From positions 956,480 through 1,020,479 of the forward strand of contig CBDBNU010000003.1 in NCBI GenBank assembly GCA_965207845.1: a stretch of 64,000 bases of DNA, in the 5' to 3' direction. A program made the position numbers and the translations under genes. The first letter of the stretch is position 1, and each line of letters begins with the position of its first letter. Below the pieces are notes generated by a model. That model was given only the letters and a program-made list of their open reading frames with translations, ran no database searches and had not been told where the DNA came from. Shown here piece after piece: positions 1 to 8,747 of the stretch. Source of the DNA: Dehalococcoidia bacterium (GTDB lineage: Bacteria; Chloroflexota; Dehalococcoidia; Lucifugimonadales; GCA-2712585).

Positions 1-10
1 AGCGATTGCC

Positions 11-1141
11 TTAACTTAGGCCGTAGAGCTCCGCGCAGTTGTCGCCGACCAACATCGCCCTCTCTTCATCGGGGACGCCTTCCATGATTTCGTTCAGGAT
101 TCGCTGAGACTCGGGGAAGGTGGACTCGGCGTGGGGGTAGTCGGAACCCCACATTATCCGGTCGACGCCTATGATGTCTCGAAGCCGGATTCCCAGATCG
201 TCCTCCTGGAACCCGTGGTAGATGTTCGTACGCATGAAGTCGCTGGGTAGCGCGTCGGACCGATAGCGGTGGACGGCCTGGGTGTGACGCTCGATATATG
301 TGGAGTCCATGCGCTTCATGAAGAAGGGAATCCAGGCCAGTTCGTGCTCCACGTTGACCACCCTGAGGTTGGGGAAGCGCTCAAACACGCCTGAGAATAC
401 CATGTGGCCCAGGGAGAGCCGGACCCAGTAGTCCGCAACACTGCGTTCGGCGGCCGACTGGGTTATTCGCCCTTCCGTCCGCATCTGCGCCACGCCCTCG
501 CCGGGTCGCTTCGTGCCCACGTGCAGGCTCAGGGGCATTCCCAGGTCCTGGGCGGCGGCCCAGAGGGGATCGTACATGGGCAGGTCGTAGGTCTCGGAGG
601 GCCTTGGGTAGATCGGGATCATGGCCCCGCAGAGGCCCAGTTCGGCGGCGTGCTTCAATTGGGCGATTCCTGCCGACATGTCGTCGTCCAGGAGCACCTG
701 GGCGATGCCCTTGAGCCGGTTGGGATGGGCGCTGCAGAACTCAGCCAGCCACCGGTTGTAGGCGGTGAACACGTCCCGCATGAAGGCGGCGTCCGGCACG
801 GCGTACATATTCCCCGCCACCGACGAATACAGGACGCTGGCATAGACGCCGTCCACGTCCAGGTCCTGAACGTGGGCGTGGGGATCATAGCCACCGGGGG
901 GGACGTTGGCGAAGCTGCCCTCCAGGATAATCTCCTCGGGCCTGGAAAACCGCATTCCGGCGGAGGAGGCGCCACCCAGGGTGCCTACAACCTCTCCGTC
1001 GCAGAGCCACTGATCGTGGGGGTCTCCTACCTGCAGGCGGGGGATGCGCTCACCAAGGTCGGGGTCCATCCGGTCGATCCAGAGACGCGGCGGTTCCACC
1101 ACGTGAGAATCCGAAGAAATGATAAACGAGTTGGCGCCCAT
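11..1141 (-). CDS. metal-dependent amidohydrolase, amidohydrolase-2 (ACMSD-like) family
   Basis: 376-aa ORF. It has an N-terminal SSDSHVVEPP motif and a C-terminal WGSDYPH motif typical of this family. By eye roughly two-thirds identical to the next ORF. Confidence 0.8.
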   Translation of the reverse strand: MGANSFIISSDSHVVEPPRLWIDRMDPDLGERIPRLQVGDPHDQWLCDGEVVGTLGGASSAGMRFSRPEEIILEGSFANVPPGGYDPHAHVQDLDVDGVYASVLYSSVAGNMYAVPDAAFMRDVFTAYNRWLAEFCSAHPNRLKGIAQVLLDDDMSAGIAQLKHAAELGLCGAMIPIYPRPSETYDLPMYDPLWAAAQDLGMPLSLHVGTKRPGEGVAQMRTEGRITQSAAERSVADYWVRLSLGHMVFSGVFERFPNLRVVNVEHELAWIPFFMKRMDSTYIERHTQAVHRYRSDALPSDFMRTNIYHGFQEDDLGIRLRDIIGVDRIMWGSDYPHAESTFPESQRILNEIMEGVPDEERAMLVGDNCAELYGLS

Positions 1142-1222
1142 GAAATCACACCTCTTTTTCGCGGTCGACTAAGACCCGCCGCGGACTCCCAAATTCGACT
1201 AGATTGTCGAGTTAGTCTAAGA

Positions 1223-2344
1223 CTAGCTGAGGTTGTAGAGCTCCGAGCAGTTGCGGGAGACTATCATTTCCCGCTCTTCGTCGGAGACGCCGTTCAGGAT
1301 CTCATCCAGCACCCTCTGAGACTCGGGGAAGGTGGACTCGGCGTGGGGGTAGTCGGAGGCCCAAACCAGCTTGTCGACGCCGATAATCTCCCGGTCGCGA
1401 ATGCCGAGACCATCGTCCTGGAAGCTGTGGTAGATGTTGCGGCGCATGAAGTCGCTGGGGAGCATGTCGTCCTTGAATCGGTGGGACGCCTGGGTGGGAC
1501 GCTCGATGTAGGTCACGTCCATCCGCTGCATGTAGTAGGGGATCCAGGCCAGGTCGTGCTCCACGTTGACCACCCTGAGGGTGGGGTACCGCTCGAAAAC
1601 GCCGGAGAAGATCATGTGGCCCATGGACATGCGCACCCAGTAGTCCGTGTTGCTGCGGTCCACGCCGGTCTGGGTCACCTCGCCTTCGGTGCGCATGACG
1701 GTGGAGCCGGGGCGGTTAGTTCCCGTGTGCAGGCTGAGGGGGATGTCCATCTCGTGGGCGGTGGCCCAGAAAGGCTCGTAGATGGGGCTGTCGTAGGTCT
1801 CGTGTCCCCTGGGAAAGACGGGAATCATGGCGCCGCAGAGGCCCAACTCCGCGCTGCGCTTCAGCTCGCTTATGCCGGCTTCGATGTCGTCGTCCAGCAG
1901 AAGCATGGCGATGCCCTTCAGACGGTTGGGATAGGCGTTGCAGAACTCTGCCAGCCAGTCGTTGTAGGCGGCGAAGACATCCCGGATGAATACGGGGTCC
2001 GGAATGGCGTAGAGGTTAAGGCCGATGGAGGGATAGAGCACGTCGGCGTAGACGCCATCCACGTCCAGGTCCTGCACGTGGGCATGGGGGTTGTAGCCTC
2101 CGGGGGGAACGTCGGCGAAGCTGCCCTCCAGGGTGATTTCCTCAGGGTTGGAGTAGCGCTTGCCCGCCTGGGATATGCCGCCAAGGACGCCGACGCCTTC
2201 GCCGTCGCAGAACCACTGGTCAAAGGGGTCGCCGGTGACGAGGTGGGGGATGCGGTCGCCGTACTTTGGGTCCATCCGGTCCGTCCAAAGGTCTGGCGGC
2301 TCTACAACGTGGGAGTCTGAGGAGATGATCAGCTTCTTTGACAT
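1223..2344 (-). CDS. metal-dependent amidohydrolase, amidohydrolase-2 family (tandem paralog)
   Basis: Same motifs as the first paralog (SSDSHVVEPP, ASDYPH). Start moved to ATG 2344 (MSKKLIISSD), which aligns with the N-terminus of the paralog. The track ORF extends to 2383. Confidence 0.8.
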   Translation of the reverse strand: MSKKLIISSDSHVVEPPDLWTDRMDPKYGDRIPHLVTGDPFDQWFCDGEGVGVLGGISQAGKRYSNPEEITLEGSFADVPPGGYNPHAHVQDLDVDGVYADVLYPSIGLNLYAIPDPVFIRDVFAAYNDWLAEFCNAYPNRLKGIAMLLLDDDIEAGISELKRSAELGLCGAMIPVFPRGHETYDSPIYEPFWATAHEMDIPLSLHTGTNRPGSTVMRTEGEVTQTGVDRSNTDYWVRMSMGHMIFSGVFERYPTLRVVNVEHDLAWIPYYMQRMDVTYIERPTQASHRFKDDMLPSDFMRRNIYHSFQDDGLGIRDREIIGVDKLVWASDYPHAESTFPESQRVLDEILNGVSDEEREMIVSRNCSELYNLS

Positions 2345-2579
2345 GGCAAGCTCTCCATTAAAGTTTGCGGCTTGGCAACCCAAGAGTTGACCTCATTGCG
2401 CCATTCAAGCCGTACTGTTGGGTATTTTCCAGAATTTTACTGCAACACTAGAGGGCTTGCAATCGGGTAATTGCGACGATTTACATAATTCGGCTAAGGG
2501 ATGCGTTCGTTTGGGAAGCAAGCGGGGGTAGAATCGCCTCTACGAGTTCGCTTAGGGATGGTATGGCGGCTTTGGCGAC

Positions 2580-2613
2580 GAGATTCTTCGTCGCGGAGCC
2601 TCGTCAAAATGAC
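2580..2613. repeat. 34-nt intergenic repeat GAGATTCTTCGTCGCGGAGCCTCGTCAAAATGAC
   Basis: Matches 32953..32986 with 3 mismatches. It lies between two same-strand genes. Confidence 0.7.
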
Positions 2614-2681
2614 TTGCTGGCATAGTCTGAGGCGGGCGATTCGTGAACTGCCTCTACCGGATGGGTGGGAGTGGGGTGGAT

Positions 2682-3287
2682 TTACCCGGATTGTTCGGTG
2701 TAGAGCCAGGGTTCGGTGAGAGGGTTGGACTTCGACTCTTCGAAAGTCTCGCGGAATCTGTAGAGGGTCATCTCCGGCTCTATGGGGGCGTAGGGCAGGT
2801 GCTCCGTCTCCTCTATCTTGGCGACGATGAACCAGGGGCCGGGTGTGCTCAACGCCTCCCTGAGAACTGTCTCCAGCTGCTCCTCGCTGCTGACGGTTGC
2901 AGTGTGGGGTATGCCACAGCCCTTCGCCACTTTCTCCAGGTCCGTGCCCATGGCGGTGTGGGAGGACTGATGCCCCGTCTGTCCCCATTCCTCGTTGTCC
3001 CAAACGATGACGATGAGGTTTTGCGGCTTCTCCCGTCCGATGGAGGCTATTGTCCCCAGGTTCATCAGAAGCGAACCGTCGCCGTCCAGGGAGATTATCT
3101 GCTCGTCGGTGGAGAGGGCCATCCCCAATGCAATCGATGAGCAGAGTCCCATGGAACCCCAGGTGTAGAAGTTCCGGTCCCTGTGGCCCGTGTGCCAGAG
3201 CTCGTCCGTGGTGGGGCCGAGGTTGCTGACGATGGGCCGGTCGCCGACCTGCTCCAGGACAACTTTGGTTGCTTCTATTCTATGCAA
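2682..3287 (-). CDS. TPP-dependent decarboxylase, beta subunit (sulfopyruvate/phosphonopyruvate decarboxylase ComE-like)
   Basis: 201 aa with the TPP-binding C-terminal signature GSMGLCSSIALGMAL...LDGDGSLLMNLG. TTG start overlaps the upstream gene by 8 nt. Confidence 0.7.
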   Translation of the reverse strand: MHRIEATKVVLEQVGDRPIVSNLGPTTDELWHTGHRDRNFYTWGSMGLCSSIALGMALSTDEQIISLDGDGSLLMNLGTIASIGREKPQNLIVIVWDNEEWGQTGHQSSHTAMGTDLEKVAKGCGIPHTATVSSEEQLETVLREALSTPGPWFIVAKIEETEHLPYAPIEPEMTLYRFRETFEESKSNPLTEPWLYTEQSG

Positions 3288-3786
3288 GGGAACCTCTGTG
3301 GAGCAGCGGAGTCATGCAGAGCGCCACCGGCTCCCGGCTGGCGTAGCAGAGGTCCAGCGCGCCATCCAGCACGGTATCGAGTTGATCGGCGGTGGTCAGT
3401 GTGTAGTGGGGAATGCCGAGGATGTCCAGGATGGGTTTTGAGGCCCGACCCATGGCAACCTGTGCAATGTTGAACTCGCCCAACTCTCCGCGAAGGTTGA
3501 TGAAGAAGGGTATTGGCGTGCGGCACGGCATGCAAAGGCTGGCAATGGCGTTGATGCAGTTGCCGAGCCCGCTGGACTGCATGAAAACGGCGGACCTGCG
3601 ACCTACGGCGTATGCCCCGACGGCTACTCCGATGGCTTCTTCCTCCCGTGTGGAGGACACCACCTGAAAGTAAGGATCATCCTCCATCAGCTTGGTAGCC
3701 TGGTAGATGCTGATGTCCGGGACGTATGCAATTAGGGAGATTCCCGCCTTCTTGAGGGCGGCAACCAGAATGTCGGCCCAAGTCAA
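3280..3786 (-). CDS. TPP-dependent decarboxylase, alpha subunit (ComD-like, pyrimidine-binding domain)
   Basis: 168 aa. N-terminal TPP-enzyme domain pattern (YVPDISI...TREEEAIGVAVGAY...MQSSGLGN). Translationally coupled to the beta subunit. Confidence 0.7.
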   Translation of the reverse strand: MTWADILVAALKKAGISLIAYVPDISIYQATKLMEDDPYFQVVSSTREEEAIGVAVGAYAVGRRSAVFMQSSGLGNCINAIASLCMPCRTPIPFFINLRGELGEFNIAQVAMGRASKPILDILGIPHYTLTTADQLDTVLDGALDLCYASREPVALCMTPLLHRGSLA

Positions 3787-3957
3787 GGGCTGCCTCGCAA
3801 ATTTTATTTTGAAGCCGAAGCCAAAATAGCAGAGCAGAGGCGTGCTGTCAAAGAACGGTCACGCCAAGACTATGGGCCCGGGGGCGAAGGACGAGGTCCT
3901 CAGCCCTGGAAAGAATGGGCCGCAATTCCGAAAGGGAAAGCGGCCCGGCGAACAAAT

Positions 3958-4104
3958 CTAGGCGGTGGCCTTGCCGATACGGAACATCTTCGTGCCGCAC
4001 ACAGGGCAGACGCCGCGCGTGGCCGGCCGGCCGTTCTTCATGGTGATCTGTTCCGGGTCGTTCATCTCCTGAGAAGCTCGGCACTTCACACAGTAGGCTT
4101 GCAT
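3958..4104 (-). CDS. small zinc-ribbon protein (DUF5679-like), 48 aa
   Basis: Own translation of the minus strand: MQAYCVKCRASQEMNDPEQITMKNGRPATRGVCPVCGTKMFRIGKATA. It has two CxxC pairs and is below the 60-aa cutoff of the track. It replaces the implausible 3848..4084 ORF in another frame. Confidence 0.6.
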   Translation of the reverse strand: MQAYCVKCRASQEMNDPEQITMKNGRPATRGVCPVCGTKMFRIGKATA

Positions 4105-4354
4105 TCCTATAACCCCCGTTCTTAATTTCGTTTATCCTACTCTACATAACCACAAGATTCACTACAGTCAGAAACGAATTCACGTGAGTTTTTGCGTTTT
4201 AGGCGTGTTTTGGCCCTTTTCCGCGCCTGAGGGGTCGGCCTGTAGCCGCTAATCCACGCCTGCAGGCCTCGTGGGAGCGTGTTCCCGAGAAGGGCGTGTT
4301 GAATTCCGAAGTGCTGCCTCACCAGCCAATTAGTCCGGCGAAAACGTCAGAAAT

Positions 4355-4375
4355 AACCGGAGGTTGCTGCCGGTT
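4355..4375 (-). terminator. possible hairpin terminator after the helicase-amidohydrolase gene
   Basis: AACCGG-N9-CCGGTT hairpin abutting the stop codon, followed on the minus strand by ATTTCTGACGTTTTC. Confidence 0.3.
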
Positions 4376-7300
4376 CAGTCGCGCTGATAGACAGTTTCGC
4401 CGCCGACAATAGTCCGTAGGACTGGGATGTCCATGATGGACCGGGGATTTACTGTTCGGGGATCGTCGCCCAGGATCACCAGGTCTGCCAGCTTTCCAGG
4501 CTCTATCGATCCCTTCAAGTCCTCTTCGAAGGAAGCGTATGCGCCATTGATGGTGTAGAGCTTCAGCGCTTCCTCCACGGTGATGCGCTGCTCCGGGCCC
4601 CAAACCTGGCCGTTGTAGTCTTCACGCGTTACGCAGCTCTGGATCCCCATGAGGGGTGGCAGCGGACTGCAGGGATAGTCGGCTGCGCCGGTGGAGTTGA
4701 TGCCGTGGTCGATGAAGGACCGCTGGGCAAACATCCACTTGAGCCGTTCCTCGCCGTAGAAGCGCATCTTTTCGCCGTGGTAGTAGACGTAAGAGCAGAA
4801 GGGGGTAACCACGCAGCCAGCAGCCTTGATCCTTCGCAGCAGGTCCGGGTTGACGACGCTGCAATGCTCTATGCGATGACGCGGGTCCTTGCGCGGAAAT
4901 GCTTCTTGGGCCTTCTCGTAGGCAGTGACGACCATGTCGATGGCCTCGTCGCCGTTTGAGTGGATGCAGACCTGGAAACCGGCTTTGTGCGCCTCCAGCA
5001 CGCGGTGTTCCGTTTCCTCTGCGTCCATGACGGCCAGGCCGTGGTCGCAGCAGCTGCCAACGTAGGGCTGGGAGAGATAGGCCGTGCGGGTGGCAATAGC
5101 GCCGTCGGCGACCATTTTGATGCCGCCGATGCGCAGCCGCTCGTCTCCGAGGCCGCTGCGGATGCCCGCGTCGCGGAGGGCGGGAAAGTGGTCGCGGTAC
5201 ATGAGCAGGTAGACACGCAGCGGCAGGTCGCCTTCGTCCCGCGCCTGCTGGTAGACCCGCAGATCGTCGATTGAGACCATGGCGTCGTGCACGCTTGTAA
5301 GGCCCGCCTCAGCGAACATGCGGCAGATAAGGTCGAGGCCACTGCGCCTGTCCTCGTCGGTGTGACGGGGTAGCACCTTTTGCAGGACGGGATAGATGGC
5401 TGCGCCGTAGACGCGTCCGTTCAGCTTGCCTGTCTCCGTATCGCGTCCCAGGCGGCCGCCGTGGGGGTCGGGGGTATCGTCGCTGAATCCGGCCCGGCGC
5501 AGCCCGAGGGAGTTGAAGAAATAGACGTGGCCCGCCTGGTGGGCGACCATGATGGGGTGCTCGCAGGAGACGGCGTCCAGGTCGCGGCGGTGGAGGAAAC
5601 GCTGCTCGGATGTCTTGGTGTCGTCAAACTTGAAGCCCCGGACCCACTCGCCCGAAGCCGTAGTGACGGTGCGGACCTTGAGGGCTTCCTGGATTTCGCC
5701 AATGGAGCGGAGGTCGCAGTCCTCCTCCGCCACGTGCCGGAGGCCGCTGCTCATGACGTGGGTGTGAGCGTCTATGAAGCCGGGAAGAACCGTGCCGCCC
5801 TCCGCGTCCAGAATCTCGGTGGCGCTGTTCCTGAACGGGGCCAAGTCCTCGTCTGCGCCTACGGCCAGGAACCTGCCGTCCTTGATGGCGATGGCGCCGG
5901 CGGAGGGGGAGGCGGGATCCATGGTGATGACGTTGGCGTTTAGGATGATTGTATCGGCCCGGATGGTGTCGGCGAGCCCGCGGTCGGGCGTGTGCAGAAA
6001 AACATCTTTGCCGGGCCCGTGTCCGTTGCCGTTCAAGCGCCACACGCCCCATCCGGCGTTGGGATCGCAGCGGCCGGCCCGTTCCAACCTCTTATACGCC
6101 TGCCTGATGGCCGACTGCACGTCGGTATCCGAAAAGTCTGCTAGCCGGTAGTGGCTGATTAGCAGTTGACGCTCAGTTTCGCTTGAATGCGACAGCATGT
6201 GTTCTCTCATGGCGACTATGCGCTCTTCCTGGGCGTCTACGGACGATAGGCCGTCGTGTTCCAGCTCTGTCCCTCTTGTGATGACTCCGTGCCTGCGGCC
6301 TTCGATTTCGTAGAGAATTTCCGCCGTTCTTCGGATGACATCCTTCACTTTGCCCTCGCCGCCGATCTCTTCCAGCGCGGTCACAAGCGCCGGATCCAGA
6401 ATCGCCGGGTCTTCCAGCGCGTAGGAGCCGTTTCCGTTTGCCGCGGTCTCCTCACCCGTATATTCGAATGCGTATATTCCCGGGATGGCTGGCAAATCCG
6501 CCTGTTGGTGGGCGTCCTTGTGGCACAGGTTGCACACCCTTTCGTGGGAGAACCCACACTTTCCGTCCAGCGACCAGTGGGAGAAGGCGCGCCATTTGCC
6601 GCATCGCGGACAGTCTTCGCCGAAGGGGGCGCTGCAGTGTCCGCAAAGGTGGCTGCCTGCGGGCGAGGCGGACTGGCATTCGTTGCACATCACCACGGGC
6701 GGCTCTCCTTCGTCCGCTTCCCCTCGAGCTGTAAGCGACCATTCCCGGTCGTCTTCGGGCAGGCCGTGCTCCAGGGCGTTTCCCGCCAGGTCCAGGATCA
6801 GGCAGTTGCCGCCCTGCTCCTTGGGACGGAGACCACGCCCCACCATCTGGAGGTAGAGCGAGAGACTCTTGGTGGGCCGTGCGATGACGACGCATGAAGC
6901 GTCGGGCAGGTCGAAGCCCTCGGTGGCGATTGCCACGTTTATCAGCACCCTCAGCCTTCCGTGTGAGAAGCTGTCAATAGCCTGAGCCCGCGCAGGAGCG
7001 TCGGTCCTGGCGTGGATTGCCGCGGCGGGGATTCCCTGCTCCTGCAGCAGCGCGGCCAGGTTGTCGGCGTGGGCGACGGAAACGGCGTACATAATCGTCT
7101 GCCGGTCGGCGGCGTATTCCTGCCAGAATTTGATTGCGAGGGCCGTCAGTACGCCCCCGGAGTCGTTTGCCGCTTCGATGCCAGTCTCGGTGTAGTCGCC
7201 CGTGGAGCCGATATTGCCGCCGGCGATGCGATTTTCTTCGTCGGGGAGCACCACCTGGGCAGGGCAGAGGAAGCGCTGCGCCTGAAGGTCACGGATTTGC

Positions 7301-7857
7301 GGCCCCGGGATGAGTTCGCCGAAGAGGTGGTCGAAGCCCTCTTTCCTGGACAGACGCCAGGGGGTGGCCGTCATGCCCAGCACACGACCGGGCCACTGGC
7401 GCATGGCCCTCTCCCAGCCTTTGGCGACGGCGTGATGTGCCTCATCGATGATCATCAGGTCGTCCCGGTCGTAGTCCCCCCAAACGTCGTCGGCAATGTT
7501 GATGGTGCGACGTCCGACGGTCTGGGCCATGAGGATGACAGTGCCGTTGGCGATTCTGGGCGCCCTTGCTCCCGGCGTCCACCTGACGTTTTGGGTGGCC
7601 GAGACGCCCGACTGGAACAGCCTGCTCTCCGTTTGGCTGGCAAGTTCCTTGCGGTGGGTGAGCCAGACGGCCTTGCGCCCTCCGGCGAGGTATTTCGACA
7701 GGAAAGCAGCGGCAATGTCGGTCTTGCCGGCGCCCGTCGGAAGCTGCATCATCACCGGCCTTTCGCTGCTTTGGAGGGCCGTGAGGACTTTATCCAGGAG
7801 TTCCTGCTGGTATTCTCGCAGTCCGTGGGCTGTGGTTGCCGCTTGGGTAGTGGTGAT
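4375..7857 (-). CDS. SF2 (ResIII/DEAD-like) helicase with double zinc ribbon and winged-helix-like C-terminal region, fused in frame to an amidohydrolase-3 domain
   Basis: Walker A (QLPTGAGKT), DEAH box (IIDEAHH), motif VI (QMVGRGLR) and Cys-rich ribbons. The last 527 aa (ADTIILNANVITMDP...GFIDAHTHV...RIEHCS) form a complete amidohydrolase-3-type domain. Homology to the paralog at 8748..10652 continues 34 codons upstream of the track start. The 5' end is set at ATC 7857, 6 nt after AGGAGG (non-canonical and uncertain). Confidence 0.65.
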   Translation of the reverse strand: MTTTQAATTAHGLREYQQELLDKVLTALQSSERPVMMQLPTGAGKTDIAAAFLSKYLAGGRKAVWLTHRKELASQTESRLFQSGVSATQNVRWTPGARAPRIANGTVILMAQTVGRRTINIADDVWGDYDRDDLMIIDEAHHAVAKGWERAMRQWPGRVLGMTATPWRLSRKEGFDHLFGELIPGPQIRDLQAQRFLCPAQVVLPDEENRIAGGNIGSTGDYTETGIEAANDSGGVLTALAIKFWQEYAADRQTIMYAVSVAHADNLAALLQEQGIPAAAIHARTDAPARAQAIDSFSHGRLRVLINVAIATEGFDLPDASCVVIARPTKSLSLYLQMVGRGLRPKEQGGNCLILDLAGNALEHGLPEDDREWSLTARGEADEGEPPVVMCNECQSASPAGSHLCGHCSAPFGEDCPRCGKWRAFSHWSLDGKCGFSHERVCNLCHKDAHQQADLPAIPGIYAFEYTGEETAANGNGSYALEDPAILDPALVTALEEIGGEGKVKDVIRRTAEILYEIEGRRHGVITRGTELEHDGLSSVDAQEERIVAMREHMLSHSSETERQLLISHYRLADFSDTDVQSAIRQAYKRLERAGRCDPNAGWGVWRLNGNGHGPGKDVFLHTPDRGLADTIRADTIILNANVITMDPASPSAGAIAIKDGRFLAVGADEDLAPFRNSATEILDAEGGTVLPGFIDAHTHVMSSGLRHVAEEDCDLRSIGEIQEALKVRTVTTASGEWVRGFKFDDTKTSEQRFLHRRDLDAVSCEHPIMVAHQAGHVYFFNSLGLRRAGFSDDTPDPHGGRLGRDTETGKLNGRVYGAAIYPVLQKVLPRHTDEDRRSGLDLICRMFAEAGLTSVHDAMVSIDDLRVYQQARDEGDLPLRVYLLMYRDHFPALRDAGIRSGLGDERLRIGGIKMVADGAIATRTAYLSQPYVGSCCDHGLAVMDAEETEHRVLEAHKAGFQVCIHSNGDEAIDMVVTAYEKAQEAFPRKDPRHRIEHCSVVNPDLLRRIKAAGCVVTPFCSYVYYHGEKMRFYGEERLKWMFAQRSFIDHGINSTGAADYPCSPLPPLMGIQSCVTREDYNGQVWGPEQRITVEEALKLYTINGAYASFEEDLKGSIEPGKLADLVILGDDPRTVNPRSIMDIPVLRTIVGGETVYQRD

Positions 7858-8023
7858 GACGCGCCTCCTACTCCGCTTGATTCCGCCTAGAATATATCAT
7901 GGTAAAGGCGGCTCAGGCATTGGGTTTTGTGCCTGAGGTTTGGGACAAATTCGGAATTTCTGGTTGCCTTACTTATGTTCGCAGTGTTAGACTTGAAGGC
8001 GGCGAAAGGCGTAGGGGCCTGAA

Positions 8024-8365
8024 ATGGAGGAACGTATGCAGGACGTCAACAAGAGTACGGGCATTTACGAAGAGCGCGATCGGCGGGTACCCAGACTCAC
8101 GCCTGATGAAGCGGGGCGGTTGGGGAAGGAGATCTACAGGAGGGAAATCCGGCATAAGGTGGAGCCGGAGCTCGTCGGAAAATACGTTGCCATCGATGTA
8201 GAAAGCAGCTGTTGGGCCGTGGGGGAAAGCACAATGGGGGCGAGGGACAAACTTGCGGAATTGAGGCCCGATGCGATTGACGTGTGGATGGAGTGGATTG
8301 GCTACGAGGCGGTATTCAGCATCGGAGGTGGGGCTCCCAGGAGAACGAATTGGTCGAAGGAGTAG
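8024..8365 (+). CDS. small hypothetical protein paired with an aspartic protease (start uncertain)
   Basis: 113-aa ORF. The core ...GKYVAIDVESSCWAVGEST...ELRPDAIDVWMEWIGY resembles the small partner proteins found upstream of retropepsin-like proteases. It overlaps the next gene. Confidence 0.45.
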   Translation: MEERMQDVNKSTGIYEERDRRVPRLTPDEAGRLGKEIYRREIRHKVEPELVGKYVAIDVESSCWAVGESTMGARDKLAELRPDAIDVWMEWIGYEAVFSIGGGAPRRTNWSKE

Positions 8366-8721
8366 TCAACGATCAGCTGGAACCTGTAGTTATTCTGTCA
8401 GTTATGGGACCATCGGGTCACGCCCGAGAAATCGAAGCCGTGATCGACACCGGCTTTAACGGTTTCATTTTCCTTCCCACTGACGTGGTGCTGGGGCTCA
8501 ATCTGGAATTCATCTATGACAGTCCCGTAGTTTTGGCAGATGGAACCATTGGAAGGTCGGGAATTTATAGGGCTACGGTCATTTGGGACGGAGAGGAACG
8601 GGAGGTTCAAGCCATCGCATCAACCGGAATGTTCCTCGTCGGTATGCGTATGCTTGAAGACCATGACCTGCATGTGCAAGTCAGGAATGGCGGCAGTGTC
8701 CTCATAGAGTCGCTGGTTTGA
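8350..8721 (+). CDS. retropepsin-like (clan AA) aspartic protease
   Basis: AVIDTGFNGFIFLP contains the D-T-G active-site signature, and the size is about 120 to 145 aa. Start is ambiguous (GTG 8284 or TTG 8350). Confidence 0.7.
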   Translation: MVEGVVNDQLEPVVILSVMGPSGHAREIEAVIDTGFNGFIFLPTDVVLGLNLEFIYDSPVVLADGTIGRSGIYRATVIWDGEEREVQAIASTGMFLVGMRMLEDHDLHVQVRNGGSVLIESLV

Positions 8722-8747
8722 CGCCGCCCGGCGGGGCTGTCGCAGGC

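Noticed and set aside
404-2320. Very long antisense or overlapping ORFs. Examples are 404..2320, 12613..13782, 14064..15179, 15202..16317, 17453..18370, 23662..24594, 26166..27494, 34172..35080, 54948..55772 and 60061..60813.
   Set aside because: They lie opposite or out of frame to ORFs with clear family motifs. They are rich in Arg/Gly/Ala/Pro/His as expected for shadow frames in high-GC DNA, and they show no recognisable motifs.
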